From a virus: a stretch of DNA of 64,000 bases. Below are positions 43,487 to 51,479 of the stretch, piece by piece. Each line of letters opens with the position of its first letter. Position 1 is the stretch's first letter. The translations under genes and the position numbers were made by a program. The notes below the pieces were generated by a model. That model did not search any database and was not told the DNA's origin. It worked only from the letters and a program-made list of their open reading frames with translations. The stretch lies in the IMG/VR virus record IMGVR_UViG_3300000401_000001, positions 3,786-67,785 of that record. One strand, given 5' to 3'.

Positions 43487-43672
43487 TCAGAAAGGGTTGG
43501 TCCAACGATCATACTGAGATTGCGTGATGTATCCCTCTTTGCAGAGAGAATCGGTGAAGTTGTTCCACGCTTCACGCTTTGCAACTACATCAGTCGCCCA
43601 TTGTGTGCCCTTGGTTGACACTTTCCAGTTGTAACGAAACTGAGAGAGTGCCATTGTTTTAGTGATTGCCAT
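43487..43672 (-). CDS. Conserved hypothetical protein (61 aa)
   Basis: AKREAWNNFTDSLCKEGYIT..QY..W.NPF motif. Confidence 0.7.
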   Translation of the reverse strand: MAITKTMALSQFRYNWKVSTKGTQWATDVVAKREAWNNFTDSLCKEGYITQSQYDRWTNPF

Positions 43673-43674
43673 GA

Positions 43675-43761
43675 TCAGCGGTCGATTGCGTTAAAGAAAA
43701 AGATGATGCCACCAACTAAAAGAATGAAGGTGGCGAGAACAGAAAGATCAACAATGTTCAT
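43675..43761 (-). CDS. Hydrophobic micro-protein (28 aa; not in ORF track)
   Basis: MNIVDLSVLATFILLVGGIIFFFNAIDR exactly fills the gap; start overlaps the upstream stop. Confidence 0.5.
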   Translation of the reverse strand: MNIVDLSVLATFILLVGGIIFFFNAIDR

Positions 43762-43997
43762 CAAAAGTGTGCCTCAGACCAATCAAGTTTGTCGCTGTAC
43801 TTAGCGATGCCATCATAGCAGCGAGCTGCCATCATTTCATCACGCTCCTTAGTGTAAACCTTCAGAAACTCGAAGCAGTATTTGATACGCAGCTCGGGTG
43901 CAATTGCATCGAGTTGTTGTTGCTTACGCTCGCGAGCAGCGTTGTAAGCGAACATCTCACGATCTTCGATGCTCATGTTGTGGAACTGGCGGGTCAT
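43761..43997 (-). CDS. Hypothetical protein (78 aa, MTRQFHNM...)
   Basis: Start reassigned to 43997, downstream of the promoter at 44023-44081. Confidence 0.65.
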   Translation of the reverse strand: MTRQFHNMSIEDREMFAYNAARERKQQQLDAIAPELRIKYCFEFLKVYTKERDEMMAARCYDGIAKYSDKLDWSEAHF

Positions 43998-44022
43998 TCG
44001 CTTGCCTGTCTTTGACCCTTTA

Positions 44023-44081
44023 AGTATTGCACCCATCGGGGCACTTCTCAAGCGATAGTGGACACTTTCCCCAACTGGCAC
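44023..44081 (-). promoter_or_regulatory. Early promoter with upstream quasi-palindrome
   Basis: GTGCCAGTTGGGGAAAGTGTCCAC, then TTGAGA-N17-AATACT. Confidence 0.7.
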
Positions 44082-44117
44082 ACTGGCTCGATTTGCTCCG
44101 CTGCGATGGTATCCTGA

Positions 44118-44300
44118 TCAGCCCCAAGGGTCTGGCAGCCGAGAACCCTTGCCACCACTGGGCTGGATTCTTGATTTTTCTGCAATTCTGGCTGCAACGG
44201 CCTGATCCTCACGCCCGCATCTGAAACCGTAGAAAAAACCAATCTTATAACCTAGCGCCACACCTATAGCAAAAGTGCCAAACGAAACTAGACTAAACAT
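44118..44300 (-). CDS. Small membrane protein
   Basis: MFSLVSFGTFAIGVALGYKIGFFYG hydrophobic N-terminus. Confidence 0.5.
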   Translation of the reverse strand: MFSLVSFGTFAIGVALGYKIGFFYGFRCGREDQAVAARIAEKSRIQPSGGKGSRLPDPWG

Positions 44301-44463
44301 CACAGACAACTTCAGCAGTGCAATTCCTCAGCTGACGCTTACATTCATAACGCATCTTGCTGATCTTGCTATAAAGATAATCTTTATAGTCCAGCTTATC
44401 AACTAGCTTCTCAAGATTGTCCAGCTGAATGAGTGCTAGGTGCAGTGTGGTTTCTTTATTCAT
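44293..44463 (-). CDS. Hypothetical protein (56 aa; not in ORF track)
   Basis: MNKETTLHLALIQLDNLEKLVDKLDYKDYLYSKISKMRYECKRQLRNCTAEVVCDV; ATGA overlap upstream. Confidence 0.6.
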   Translation of the reverse strand: MNKETTLHLALIQLDNLEKLVDKLDYKDYLYSKISKMRYECKRQLRNCTAEVVCDV

Positions 44464-44657
44464 TGGAGGGTGTAATTGGGAATGAAAGTGAAAACATATT
44501 CGCCATCTTCAGGATCGCGATCATCAACAATCCACTCGCTGTAGATTGCTTTCATGTCATCGATGTTATCACGAATCGCTGCAACTTGCAAACGCTCACG
44601 CATTGTGTCACTCATATTATCGATGCTAGTTTGTTTCTCGTCGATGTCGTAATCCAT
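44460..44657 (-). CDS. Acidic hypothetical protein (65 aa)
   Basis: ORF track. Confidence 0.65.
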   Translation of the reverse strand: MDYDIDEKQTSIDNMSDTMRERLQVAAIRDNIDDMKAIYSEWIVDDRDPEDGEYVFTFIPNYTLQ

Positions 44658-44692
44658 GATTTTGTTGTAATTAATGTGCTGGTGTAAGTTTA

Positions 44693-44974
44693 TCAGACCA
44701 TGGTAAGTTGTGGAGCTGGTTGGATGCTAAACGTACCCAATCGATCACAGTCGATAGAATAATTCGGAGGAAGAATGGAACGATCGAGAATCAGTTCCCA
44801 GAAATCTTCACCCTCTTCGATAACAGCGAAGCCGAACACACCTGCAGTTGGCATCATAAACAAGCCATGCTTTTCTGCCTCACTAGGTGTAGCAAACCCC
44901 TTGGCATTAATGTTCCACCACTTATCAGGATTGTTGGAATCGTGACCGAAGTAAACACAAATGAAGTCAGACAT
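44693..44974 (-). CDS. Hypothetical protein (93 aa, MSDFICVYFG...)
   Basis: Start reassigned to 44974, after the stop of the 44979-45104 ORF. Confidence 0.6.
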   Translation of the reverse strand: MSDFICVYFGHDSNNPDKWWNINAKGFATPSEAEKHGLFMMPTAGVFGFAVIEEGEDFWELILDRSILPPNYSIDCDRLGTFSIQPAPQLTMV

Positions 44975-44978
44975 CGTG

Positions 44979-45104
44979 TTAGTTACCGTTGAGAATGTTC
45001 CAGAATTGTTTAGAGTTTGCACCAGGGATATGGGGTAATTTCTTCTCCCAATATCCCGTAACATGGCGGTGCCAAGCTATCAATACGCGAGGAGTTTTAA
45101 TCAT
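44979..45104 (-). CDS. Hypothetical protein (41 aa; not in ORF track)
   Basis: MIKTPRVLIAWHRHVTGYWEKKLPHIPGANSKQFWNILNGN; ATGA overlap upstream. Confidence 0.5.
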   Translation of the reverse strand: MIKTPRVLIAWHRHVTGYWEKKLPHIPGANSKQFWNILNGN

Positions 45105-45253
45105 TCTTCCCAACCCATTAAACCCCATCCAGGTTGAGAATTCTCTTCATCTTCTTGCTCCCATTCAGCAATCATCTGATCACGATCTTCGTCGGTAATG
45201 TCAAAGATCTCACCAGGCATGTCTTGGATTTCGTTCCACATTTCGTCAAACAT
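45101..45253 (-). CDS. Highly acidic peptide (50 aa; not in ORF track)
   Basis: MFDEMWNEIQDMPGEIFDITDEDRDQMIAEWEQEDEENSQPGWGLMGWEE. Confidence 0.65.
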   Translation of the reverse strand: MFDEMWNEIQDMPGEIFDITDEDRDQMIAEWEQEDEENSQPGWGLMGWEE

Positions 45254-45292
45254 GTTTAGATTAAGTGAAGGGCGATTTGGGATTGTTTAGAC

Positions 45293-45478
45293 TCAGATCA
45301 TTGTGGTTGCGAGTGCATTATTCAGCGAGGGAGAGTGATGACGATAGCAAAACTCGCGAAGATCATTCTCACTGTAGTTCTTAAAATCTTCGGGAGTGAA
45401 AGTCCAACCGTGAAAGTCGCGATCCATTTCAGTCAGAGTGTAAGCGATGAAGCGGCGGAGGTTGTCTGCTCTGGTCAT
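45293..45478 (-). CDS. Hypothetical protein (61 aa)
   Basis: ORF track; directly behind TATACT at 45501-45506. Confidence 0.65.
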   Translation of the reverse strand: MTRADNLRRFIAYTLTEMDRDFHGWTFTPEDFKNYSENDLREFCYRHHSPSLNNALATTMI

Positions 45479-45500
45479 TGTCGTTGTCTGAACTGAGATC

Positions 45501-45559
45501 AGTATAAGGGGTCAGCGGGTGGGGGGCAGCAGGCAACGGGACACTTCGCCAGGCGTCAC
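45501..45559 (-). promoter_or_regulatory. Early promoter with a degenerate motif overlapping the upstream ORF end
   Basis: GTGACGCCTGGCGAAGTGTCCC, then about 30 nt, then TATACT. Confidence 0.55.
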
Positions 45560-45700
45560 AAGCACCTGCCCACCCTGAGCAATGCAGCGGGCTTCGATCT
45601 TCACGTTGGCATGGTTGGTGAGAATGGCAATGCCAACTGCCACTAGCATGATCACACCAGCGAACAGAGCATAGTGAGCGAATTCATCGAAGCGGGTCAT
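45512..45700 (-). CDS. Small membrane protein (62 aa)
   Basis: Hydrophobic ALFAGVIMLVAVGIAIL segment. Confidence 0.6.
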   Translation of the reverse strand: MTRFDEFAHYALFAGVIMLVAVGIAILTNHANVKIEARCIAQGGQVLVTPGEVSRCLLPPTR

Positions 45701-45738
45701 TGTGACTGTCTGTAGAATACTTTCAGAAACTTATTGTT

Positions 45739-45987
45739 TCAGCAAGCTCCAGCCATGGGGTTAACATTCTTCTCTTCAGTGTTAAACCCAGTCACTTCAT
45801 AACCGTAGGCAATACGCTCAGCAACTTCACGCTCAAAGTCACGCTTTGTGATGCACTTGTAAGACATAGCATCAACACCACGAAACTTGAGAACCTTAAA
45901 CATAAACTTGCTGCTGTCCTTCACGGGATAGTAGTCAATAACCATGGAAGGCTTGCCGTTGATCTTGGAGATTGCGGAGAGCTGCAT
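45739..45987 (-). CDS. Hypothetical protein (82 aa, MQLSAISK...)
   Basis: Start reassigned to 45987, behind the promoter at 46012-46070. Confidence 0.65.
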   Translation of the reverse strand: MQLSAISKINGKPSMVIDYYPVKDSSKFMFKVLKFRGVDAMSYKCITKRDFEREVAERIAYGYEVTGFNTEEKNVNPMAGAC

Positions 45988-46011
45988 CGGTGTTCCCTTG
46001 ACGACCTTTAT

Positions 46012-46070
46012 AGTATGGCACCCCAGAGGGGGTTCTGGGGCGCCAGGTGGACAGTTTGACCAACTGTCAC
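46012..46070 (-). promoter_or_regulatory. Early promoter with quasi-palindrome and stem-loop
   Basis: GTGACAGTTGGTCAAACTGTCCAC, then CCCCAGA-N6-TCTGGGG hairpin, then CATACT. Confidence 0.7.
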
Positions 46071-46561
46071 ATGGTGTAAAGGCGTGAGCGATAATTGTAT
46101 GCAAATCTAGTGCGATTGCCATGGATTCCCCACCCCAACCAGTTCCATGAATGTTTCATGTAATAGCTAATTGAGTATCCAGGTCGCTTTAGAACTGGCT
46201 CCAACTTTCGCCACTGAGATTCATTCACCATGTACCGAAGTTGTCCTGTCAGTGTATTGGGATCGCAACCATATTTGTTACAGAAACTACCCAAACCATA
46301 GTATCTACGTGATGTGGTCCATTGGATTAATCCAAAGCCACCACTACGGCAACCTCGATAAGATGTCTTTAGACCACCCTCGCAAATCATAGGAGTGAAG
46401 TTAGACTCCTGCTTGATGTTTCCCATAACTACAGCGAGAGCATTCTTGTCTCTAATTCCCCGAGACTGAAGGAAGCTTAGAGTTTTGTTTTCATTGTAAT
46501 TACAGTCAACACATTTAATGATTGGGGGAGGTGGTAAATGATTCATGTTTAGTACAATCAA
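46067..46561 (-). CDS. Phage tail lysozyme-like protein (Phage_lysozyme2-type, 164 aa)
   Basis: VMGNIKQESNF (catalytic Glu), GGFGLIQWT and L.GQLRYMVNE. Confidence 0.75.
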   Translation of the reverse strand: MIVLNMNHLPPPPIIKCVDCNYNENKTLSFLQSRGIRDKNALAVVMGNIKQESNFTPMICEGGLKTSYRGCRSGGFGLIQWTTSRRYYGLGSFCNKYGCDPNTLTGQLRYMVNESQWRKLEPVLKRPGYSISYYMKHSWNWLGWGIHGNRTRFAYNYRSRLYTM

Positions 46562-47706
46562 AGAACAGATTTGAGACGCAGGTATGTATTCATAGAGGTA
46601 GCAAGTTCTTTACTCTTAGCAGGGCGACGCTGCCCCCACTTAAGCATCACTTTCTTACCTTTATCATTCTTCTCTCTCACACCCTCAAATCGCTCCTCAT
46701 TAGTTGCGAACCATGCACCATTCTTCTGTAGAGTGAATGGCTGATTAATGGTGATAACTACACCAGAAACATCACAAATATCATAGAACACAGACTGGCC
46801 ACGGTTGGTGATGTTAACGTGCGTTGCGTTCTTTACACGGGCGGAAAGAATATCATACTTGGCATTAGTTAAGGAGAAAAGATAGTTACCCTTACCAATA
46901 CACAACAAGTGCTCATCAGAAACCAAACCAGTTGCTTTCTGTAGGCGATCAAGTACAATAGAATTAGGAACCCAGGAGAGAGCACAGTTTACAAGTTCGG
47001 CAACAAGAGTGCCAACCTTTTTACAATCTTTCTCCCATTGCTCACTCACATTATCCCAATATTCTGCCTCTTTGCTGTTGACGTAGAAATCACGAATAGT
47101 ATCGTTGATTTTATCTAGATCATGATAGAAAGAGAGAACATTAGGATACATCTTGGAGACGATAGCATCACGCTCTTCGCGATTGCTACCCTTAAACTTT
47201 TCCCCAGTGAGAGGATTGATATAGGTTCCAGGGGTGCAGTTAGTGCTATCGAACAAGAAATTGTTCAGAGTAGAGTTAAACGTACCAGAGCACACCTGAA
47301 TAGAATCAAATCCGTTCTGATAGTTCTTTACACTAACTGATACCTGCTCTCCGCTACAGAAAGTGATCAGCAAATCGCCTTTCTTTCCAATAGCGCGAAA
47401 CTCAGAATCCACGCACTTAAAGTCAAACTTTTCGTTGGGATACTGTTTAATAATGTCGAGAACAATAGCAAGAGCTACGCGATCAACATTAGTACGATAT
47501 TTAGACTTCAGAAACTTACCAAGAACATCGCGATCATTACAATAATCAACCCACTGCTCATTGAGAGAATCAGCAGACTGAGAGATGGAAACACCATGAT
47601 ACTCTGCCTCTTCCTGAAGTCGCGCAGCAAGATAGATTTCTGCTGCATCTTGGATATAGTGCTCGATAGAAGTTCCAGCACCTTGCTTTTTAGTTGTCTT
47701 TGCCAT
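46558..47706 (-). CDS. Putative PD-(D/E)XK restriction-endonuclease-like protein (382 aa)
   Basis: Early E helix, then KKGDLLI...VSVSVKNY....SIQ, resembling type II REase catalytic cores. Start placed at MAKTTKK. Confidence 0.5.
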   Translation of the reverse strand: MAKTTKKQGAGTSIEHYIQDAAEIYLAARLQEEAEYHGVSISQSADSLNEQWVDYCNDRDVLGKFLKSKYRTNVDRVALAIVLDIIKQYPNEKFDFKCVDSEFRAIGKKGDLLITFCSGEQVSVSVKNYQNGFDSIQVCSGTFNSTLNNFLFDSTNCTPGTYINPLTGEKFKGSNREERDAIVSKMYPNVLSFYHDLDKINDTIRDFYVNSKEAEYWDNVSEQWEKDCKKVGTLVAELVNCALSWVPNSIVLDRLQKATGLVSDEHLLCIGKGNYLFSLTNAKYDILSARVKNATHVNITNRGQSVFYDICDVSGVVITINQPFTLQKNGAWFATNEERFEGVREKNDKGKKVMLKWGQRRPAKSKELATSMNTYLRLKSVL

Positions 47707-47737
47707 TGCAAAATCACCCATTCGTGACTACATTGAT

Positions 47738-47796
47738 AATATAAAGGATGGGTCAACTATCTGTCAACCCATCCGTGCCAGTCTCTAAATTGTCAC
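47738..47796 (-). promoter_or_regulatory. Early promoter with quasi-palindrome and stem-loop over the -35
   Basis: GTGACAATTTAGAGACTGGCAC, then TTGACA-N18-TATATT; GGATGGG...CCCATCC inverted repeat flanks the -35. Confidence 0.75.
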
Positions 47797-47801
47797 ATGC
47801 A

Positions 47802-48062
47802 TCAATCTCTATCGTAATGTCCGTTCTCGGTATAGCTACCAGGGACAGAATTTCCAGGTTTGCTTGTTGCCAGGACTTGCAATTCTGGGGATCGCAGCAC
47901 ATCATGCTTATACTCCAATTCGCTGTAAAGTTGACGCAAAAGTGATTTTACACGATCACTTGAGTCGATCTTTTCAGCAAGAATAAAAAGCTCCTCTACA
48001 TGACGTTTTGCTGCCACAAGGCTATAACATTTACCAGAATTTACATCAATTCCTGTACTCAT
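47802..48062 (-). CDS. Hypothetical protein (86 aa)
   Basis: ORF track; ATGA overlap. Confidence 0.6.
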   Translation of the reverse strand: MSTGIDVNSGKCYSLVAAKRHVEELFILAEKIDSSDRVKSLLRQLYSELEYKHDVLRSPELQVLATSKPGNSVPGSYTENGHYDRD

Positions 48063-48253
48063 CCGAACCCTCCTCCAGTTGTTTTAGCGTCGATAACTTC
48101 GACAAGAGAACAATATTGTGGGAAGTTCCACCATGCAGTTAGAACTTCATCATAATCAGAAAGAATCTTTACAGATCCATCAGTACACCACACTTTGTAT
48201 CTATGTCGATTATAGGGCTCGTTTGATGTTCTAGTAAAGTAGTCTGTTGTCAT
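48059..48253 (-). CDS. Hypothetical protein (64 aa)
   Basis: ORF track. Confidence 0.65.
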   Translation of the reverse strand: MTTDYFTRTSNEPYNRHRYKVWCTDGSVKILSDYDEVLTAWWNFPQYCSLVEVIDAKTTGGGFG

Positions 48254-48259
48254 TAGTTA

Positions 48260-48388
48260 CTATTTCCTCAGAGGAGAATTGTAGTAGCGACGAAAAGAAG
48301 TAACAACAATGATAAGCGTCGAAACCACACCAATAAGACCAAGGAAGGTGATAGCATCTCCAGAGAAAGTGTAAGTGTCAGGAGTCAT
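48260..48388 (-). CDS. Small membrane peptide (42 aa; not in ORF track)
   Basis: MTPDTYTFSGDAITFLGLIGVVSTLIIVVTSFRRYYNSPLRK. Confidence 0.65.
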   Translation of the reverse strand: MTPDTYTFSGDAITFLGLIGVVSTLIIVVTSFRRYYNSPLRK

Positions 48389-48540
48389 TTAGCGTAGCGG
48401 CAGTTAGGGTTGGTGAGTTGTTGTGAACATTTGAGATCATAAGCCTCAAACATTCTCATGTCTCGCTGTGCGAGGAATACATTATAAGATGTAATTCCTG
48501 CTACAGCAAGAAGAATCCAAAAGACGGATGTTTTAGTCAT
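48385..48540 (-). CDS. Small membrane/secreted peptide (51 aa; not in ORF track)
   Basis: MTKTSVFWILLAVAGITSYNVFLAQRDMRMFEAYDLKCSQQLTNPNCRYAK; ATGA overlap with the next gene. Confidence 0.6.
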   Translation of the reverse strand: MTKTSVFWILLAVAGITSYNVFLAQRDMRMFEAYDLKCSQQLTNPNCRYAK

Positions 48541-48567
48541 AGTTGAGTAATTTGTCTCAACACAGAT

Positions 48568-48625
48568 AGTATTGCACGCATCAGGGGAATTGTGGGTAAA
48601 TGGTGGGCGGTTCGGCAGGTGTCAC
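48568..48625 (-). promoter_or_regulatory. Early promoter with a degenerate motif overlapping the upstream ORF end
   Basis: GTGACACCTGCCGAACCGCCCAC, then 29 nt, then AATACT (same gtgcAATACT context as the 44023 promoter). Confidence 0.55.
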
Positions 48626-49117
48626 ATCCCATGGAGCGATCACACCTAGCGAAACCCTGAAACCACTGGCGGGAGGTTCTCCCATATGTTTGATAGAAGA
48701 ATCAAACACAATTAACCTACCTTGCTTAAACTCAATACGTTCTCCTGTCTCAAACACTGTGTCACCAGAATCACCAAAGGCATGATAAACAACTGAGGTT
48801 GCTTTTCTATCGTGATCTGTATGCATTTCTGAGATCATGTCAGGGGATTGACCATTAACCAACACTCTATGGATGTGAGAAATTGGCTCATCCTTACATA
48901 TATCCTTGATAATGCATTCGTTTAGATATGCAAAGAACCAATACCAAGGTGAAGTATCAGTAAACTCATTGTTTCTGATAACTGTGTTGCCCAAGAACCT
49001 AGATTTATTATACTCACCATATGGGGCGTTGTTATAGTAGAGAGGGCAGTAGTCAGTTAACCACTCTGCTACATCTTTCACCATCCATTGTGGAAAATAG
49101 TCGTCAATTATTCTCAT
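48581..49117 (-). CDS. Fe(II)/2OG oxygenase (178 aa)
   Basis: HTD, GRLIVFDS.I.H.G and RVSLG. Confidence 0.8.
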   Translation of the reverse strand: MRIIDDYFPQWMVKDVAEWLTDYCPLYYNNAPYGEYNKSRFLGNTVIRNNEFTDTSPWYWFFAYLNECIIKDICKDEPISHIHRVLVNGQSPDMISEMHTDHDRKATSVVYHAFGDSGDTVFETGERIEFKQGRLIVFDSSIKHMGEPPASGFRVSLGVIAPWDVTPAEPPTIYPQFP

Positions 49118-49725
49118 AGTTGTGTATATTGTGTTTTGAGTCGAAAATTAGCGGACACAGTGATCCTTTTATGGTCTGTGCGCTGCGGTTGCACAAAATG
49201 ATGAAGTGTAGACGGGAAGATCAAAATATCACCTTCTCTTACATCAGGAAACCAAGTTGAGTTAGTTGGATAATGCTTACTGAAGTCACCAACGTGCATA
49301 TCCTGAGATGGATTGTAGAATCCAAACTTAGCATCATGCTCGGGATCATACTGTAAGAAATAGGCACAGGAAAAGCAACAACCATCACCACCAGAATGAG
49401 TATGAACTTCCTGTGAACACTGCTGTTCATATACATTAATCCACGCTTCAGTCATGAAGAATGACACATTAGGTTTTCCATGCAATTTCATATGCATGTC
49501 CAGTAGATTGTCCTGCACAGCTGTCTCAAAGAAATCCCAAGAGAATCCTGTTTGGTTCGCTGCATTCTCAAAGGATGTTAGAACATCGCAGTTCCATTCC
49601 GAAGCATAAGAAAGTTTGCTCTCATCCAGTTCGGACAAGAGCAACTCTTTAACCTCTTGGTGATTGGCAACCTCCCCATGGTAATAGAATGGGGAGAAAA
49701 GGTTCAGTACGTTTCCCATAATCAA
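49114..49725 (-). CDS. Fe(II)/2OG oxygenase, TIGR02466-like (203 aa)
   Basis: EAWINVY, HTH, EGDILIFPSTLHHFV and RITVSAN. Confidence 0.85.
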   Translation of the reverse strand: MIMGNVLNLFSPFYYHGEVANHQEVKELLLSELDESKLSYASEWNCDVLTSFENAANQTGFSWDFFETAVQDNLLDMHMKLHGKPNVSFFMTEAWINVYEQQCSQEVHTHSGGDGCCFSCAYFLQYDPEHDAKFGFYNPSQDMHVGDFSKHYPTNSTWFPDVREGDILIFPSTLHHFVQPQRTDHKRITVSANFRLKTQYTQL

Positions 49726-50966
49726 GCAACAATAGAGAGAGGAGGAACACCTTTGACAAAGATAGCATCAACAACATTCTGGAGACGCTTGATAACCTGA
49801 GCGCCGTAAGTCTTGTGCACGGGCACAGTCACGAAGCCAGTAGGCTTATTGTAGAAACCCCATTGGCAGGGGGTGAGCTGACCAGAACGAAGCTTAGCGG
49901 CATCTTCTTTATCTAGGCGAATGACGCGCCCGATAGTCTGAGCCATCTCAACAATGTTCAGATTACGCAGCAGAATGCAGTGGGTAAGACCAGGGACGTT
50001 GATACCCTCAGACAGAATGCTGTAGTGGAAGATGATAAACTTACGACCGTCTTCCTTCCCCCATGCAGTTAGCGTGTCGAAGAACTTCTCGCGAGAAACC
50101 TTCACACCATCGATAATTGCACCAAACTTGGAGGTAACGTGCATGACATTGTAGCCACGCTCTTTGAGTTGCATCAAGAGAGTAGTCTTGCTGATCATGT
50201 TGCCCAGAATCTTGCTGCTAGGAACAGCAACCAGAACTTTTGCAGCGTGGGTCTCATCAAGCTGGTCGATAATGTCACGCACAGTATCAGCATCAACGTC
50301 ATGAACGTTGTGCTTGGTGCGAGTCAGATCGGTCTCAAAAGGAACAATTGTGGGAGGGAGAATGTGCCCCTGCTCGATAAGCTCAGGAGCAGGAACATTG
50401 CAGATAACGTTACCATACACATCAACGTTGTTCATACCACGACCACTACTGCGAGAAGTGCGAGGAGTTGCAGTAAAGAAATATGCAGCCTTAGAGTGTA
50501 GAGAACATGCTGCAGTGGGAACAAAGAAAGAACGAGAAACACTGTTATGTGCTTCATCGAAGTAAGCAACATCAATATCGATTCCAGAGTCAACAACACG
50601 ACCCAGAGAATGATAGGTAGTGAAGATAATGCAAGACTCACCTGCAACACGCGCAGTATTGTTGTACAGAGCGATCTTGTCTGTCTTGGTGCTGCTGAAG
50701 TGATGAGTTTCACCACTATGAACATGCATCACATGCACAGCATTGGTATCGATAAACTGCAGGAACTCATCACAGAGCTGGTTAGCAAGCAGAATGCGAG
50801 GAGCAACAACAACAATAGTGCTGGATTGCTTGTTGATTTGGCGGATGCAATCCTGAATCATAATAATAGTTTTGCCACCACCAGTAGGGACAATTACTTG
50901 CCCTTTATCATAGCGATTCATCGCATCGAGGGCACGCTGCTGGTGGGGGCGAAGGGTGATAGCCAT
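49722..50966 (-). CDS. SF2 DEAD/DEAH-like helicase (ResIII-type)
   Basis: LRPHQ, VPTGGGKT (Walker A), FDEAH, FTAT, LSEGINVP and QTIGRVIR. Start placed at MAITLRPHQ. Confidence 0.9.
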   Translation of the reverse strand: MAITLRPHQQRALDAMNRYDKGQVIVPTGGGKTIIMIQDCIRQINKQSSTIVVVAPRILLANQLCDEFLQFIDTNAVHVMHVHSGETHHFSSTKTDKIALYNNTARVAGESCIIFTTYHSLGRVVDSGIDIDVAYFDEAHNSVSRSFFVPTAACSLHSKAAYFFTATPRTSRSSGRGMNNVDVYGNVICNVPAPELIEQGHILPPTIVPFETDLTRTKHNVHDVDADTVRDIIDQLDETHAAKVLVAVPSSKILGNMISKTTLLMQLKERGYNVMHVTSKFGAIIDGVKVSREKFFDTLTAWGKEDGRKFIIFHYSILSEGINVPGLTHCILLRNLNIVEMAQTIGRVIRLDKEDAAKLRSGQLTPCQWGFYNKPTGFVTVPVHKTYGAQVIKRLQNVVDAIFVKGVPPLSIVA

Positions 50967-50990
50967 CAGTGAACTGCCGTTGACTCTGTA

Positions 50991-51047
50991 ATAATACACG
51001 AAAAGGTGCCCCTAGGTCAATCCCAGGGACACCTTGCAGACTGGCAC
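50991..51047 (-). promoter_or_regulatory. Early promoter with quasi-palindrome
   Basis: GTGCCAGTCTGCAAGGTGTCCCT, then TTGACC-N18-TATTAT. Confidence 0.7.
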
Positions 51048-51057
51048 AGTGTATTGT

Positions 51058-51366
51058 TTAGAACAATAGCCAGAGTAAGAATAAAGCAGCACCAACAGCT
51101 AGTGCAACTTTCCATGCAGCAAAAGCTGCATATACTATAGCAGCAATTACGACCAATGCAATGATACCAAAAACCATGTCACCATCATCATCACTACCAG
51201 AACTTCCAGAGCCACCACAATGCAAAATTGCAATCCTTGCTTCACCTCCATAAGTGCTTTCAGCAATGCTGATAGCATCGTTCTCATTGATTGCATCACG
51301 AATAATTACCTCACGAAGGTAGCCAGGAGCATCAGGACGTGTGAGAGTGACTTTGTAATCAGACAT
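51058..51366 (-). CDS. Membrane protein (102 aa)
   Basis: Long hydrophobic C-terminus after a Gly/Ser/Asp linker. Confidence 0.7.
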   Translation of the reverse strand: MSDYKVTLTRPDAPGYLREVIIRDAINENDAISIAESTYGGEARIAILHCGGSGSSGSDDDGDMVFGIIALVVIAAIVYAAFAAWKVALAVGAALFLLWLLF

Positions 51367-51466
51367 TCTTTTGGGGTTGTTTCTTGTTAATAATATCTTG
51401 CAGGTACTCTTGGATTGCCTGCTTTTTCACTTCATACCACAATGGTAGATTATTGTGGTATTTCAT
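51359..51466 (-). CDS. Hypothetical peptide (35 aa; not in ORF track)
   Basis: MKYHNNLPLWYEVKKQAIQEYLQDIINKKQPQKNV; GAGG upstream. Confidence 0.45.
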   Translation of the reverse strand: MKYHNNLPLWYEVKKQAIQEYLQDIINKKQPQKNV

Positions 51467-51479
51467 GTCAGCTTCACCT

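Noticed and set aside
42435-46122. Longer ORF-track starts at 42866, 44081, 45064 and 46122
   Set aside because: The extensions run through promoter motifs or other ORFs; internal ATGs downstream of the promoters fit better.
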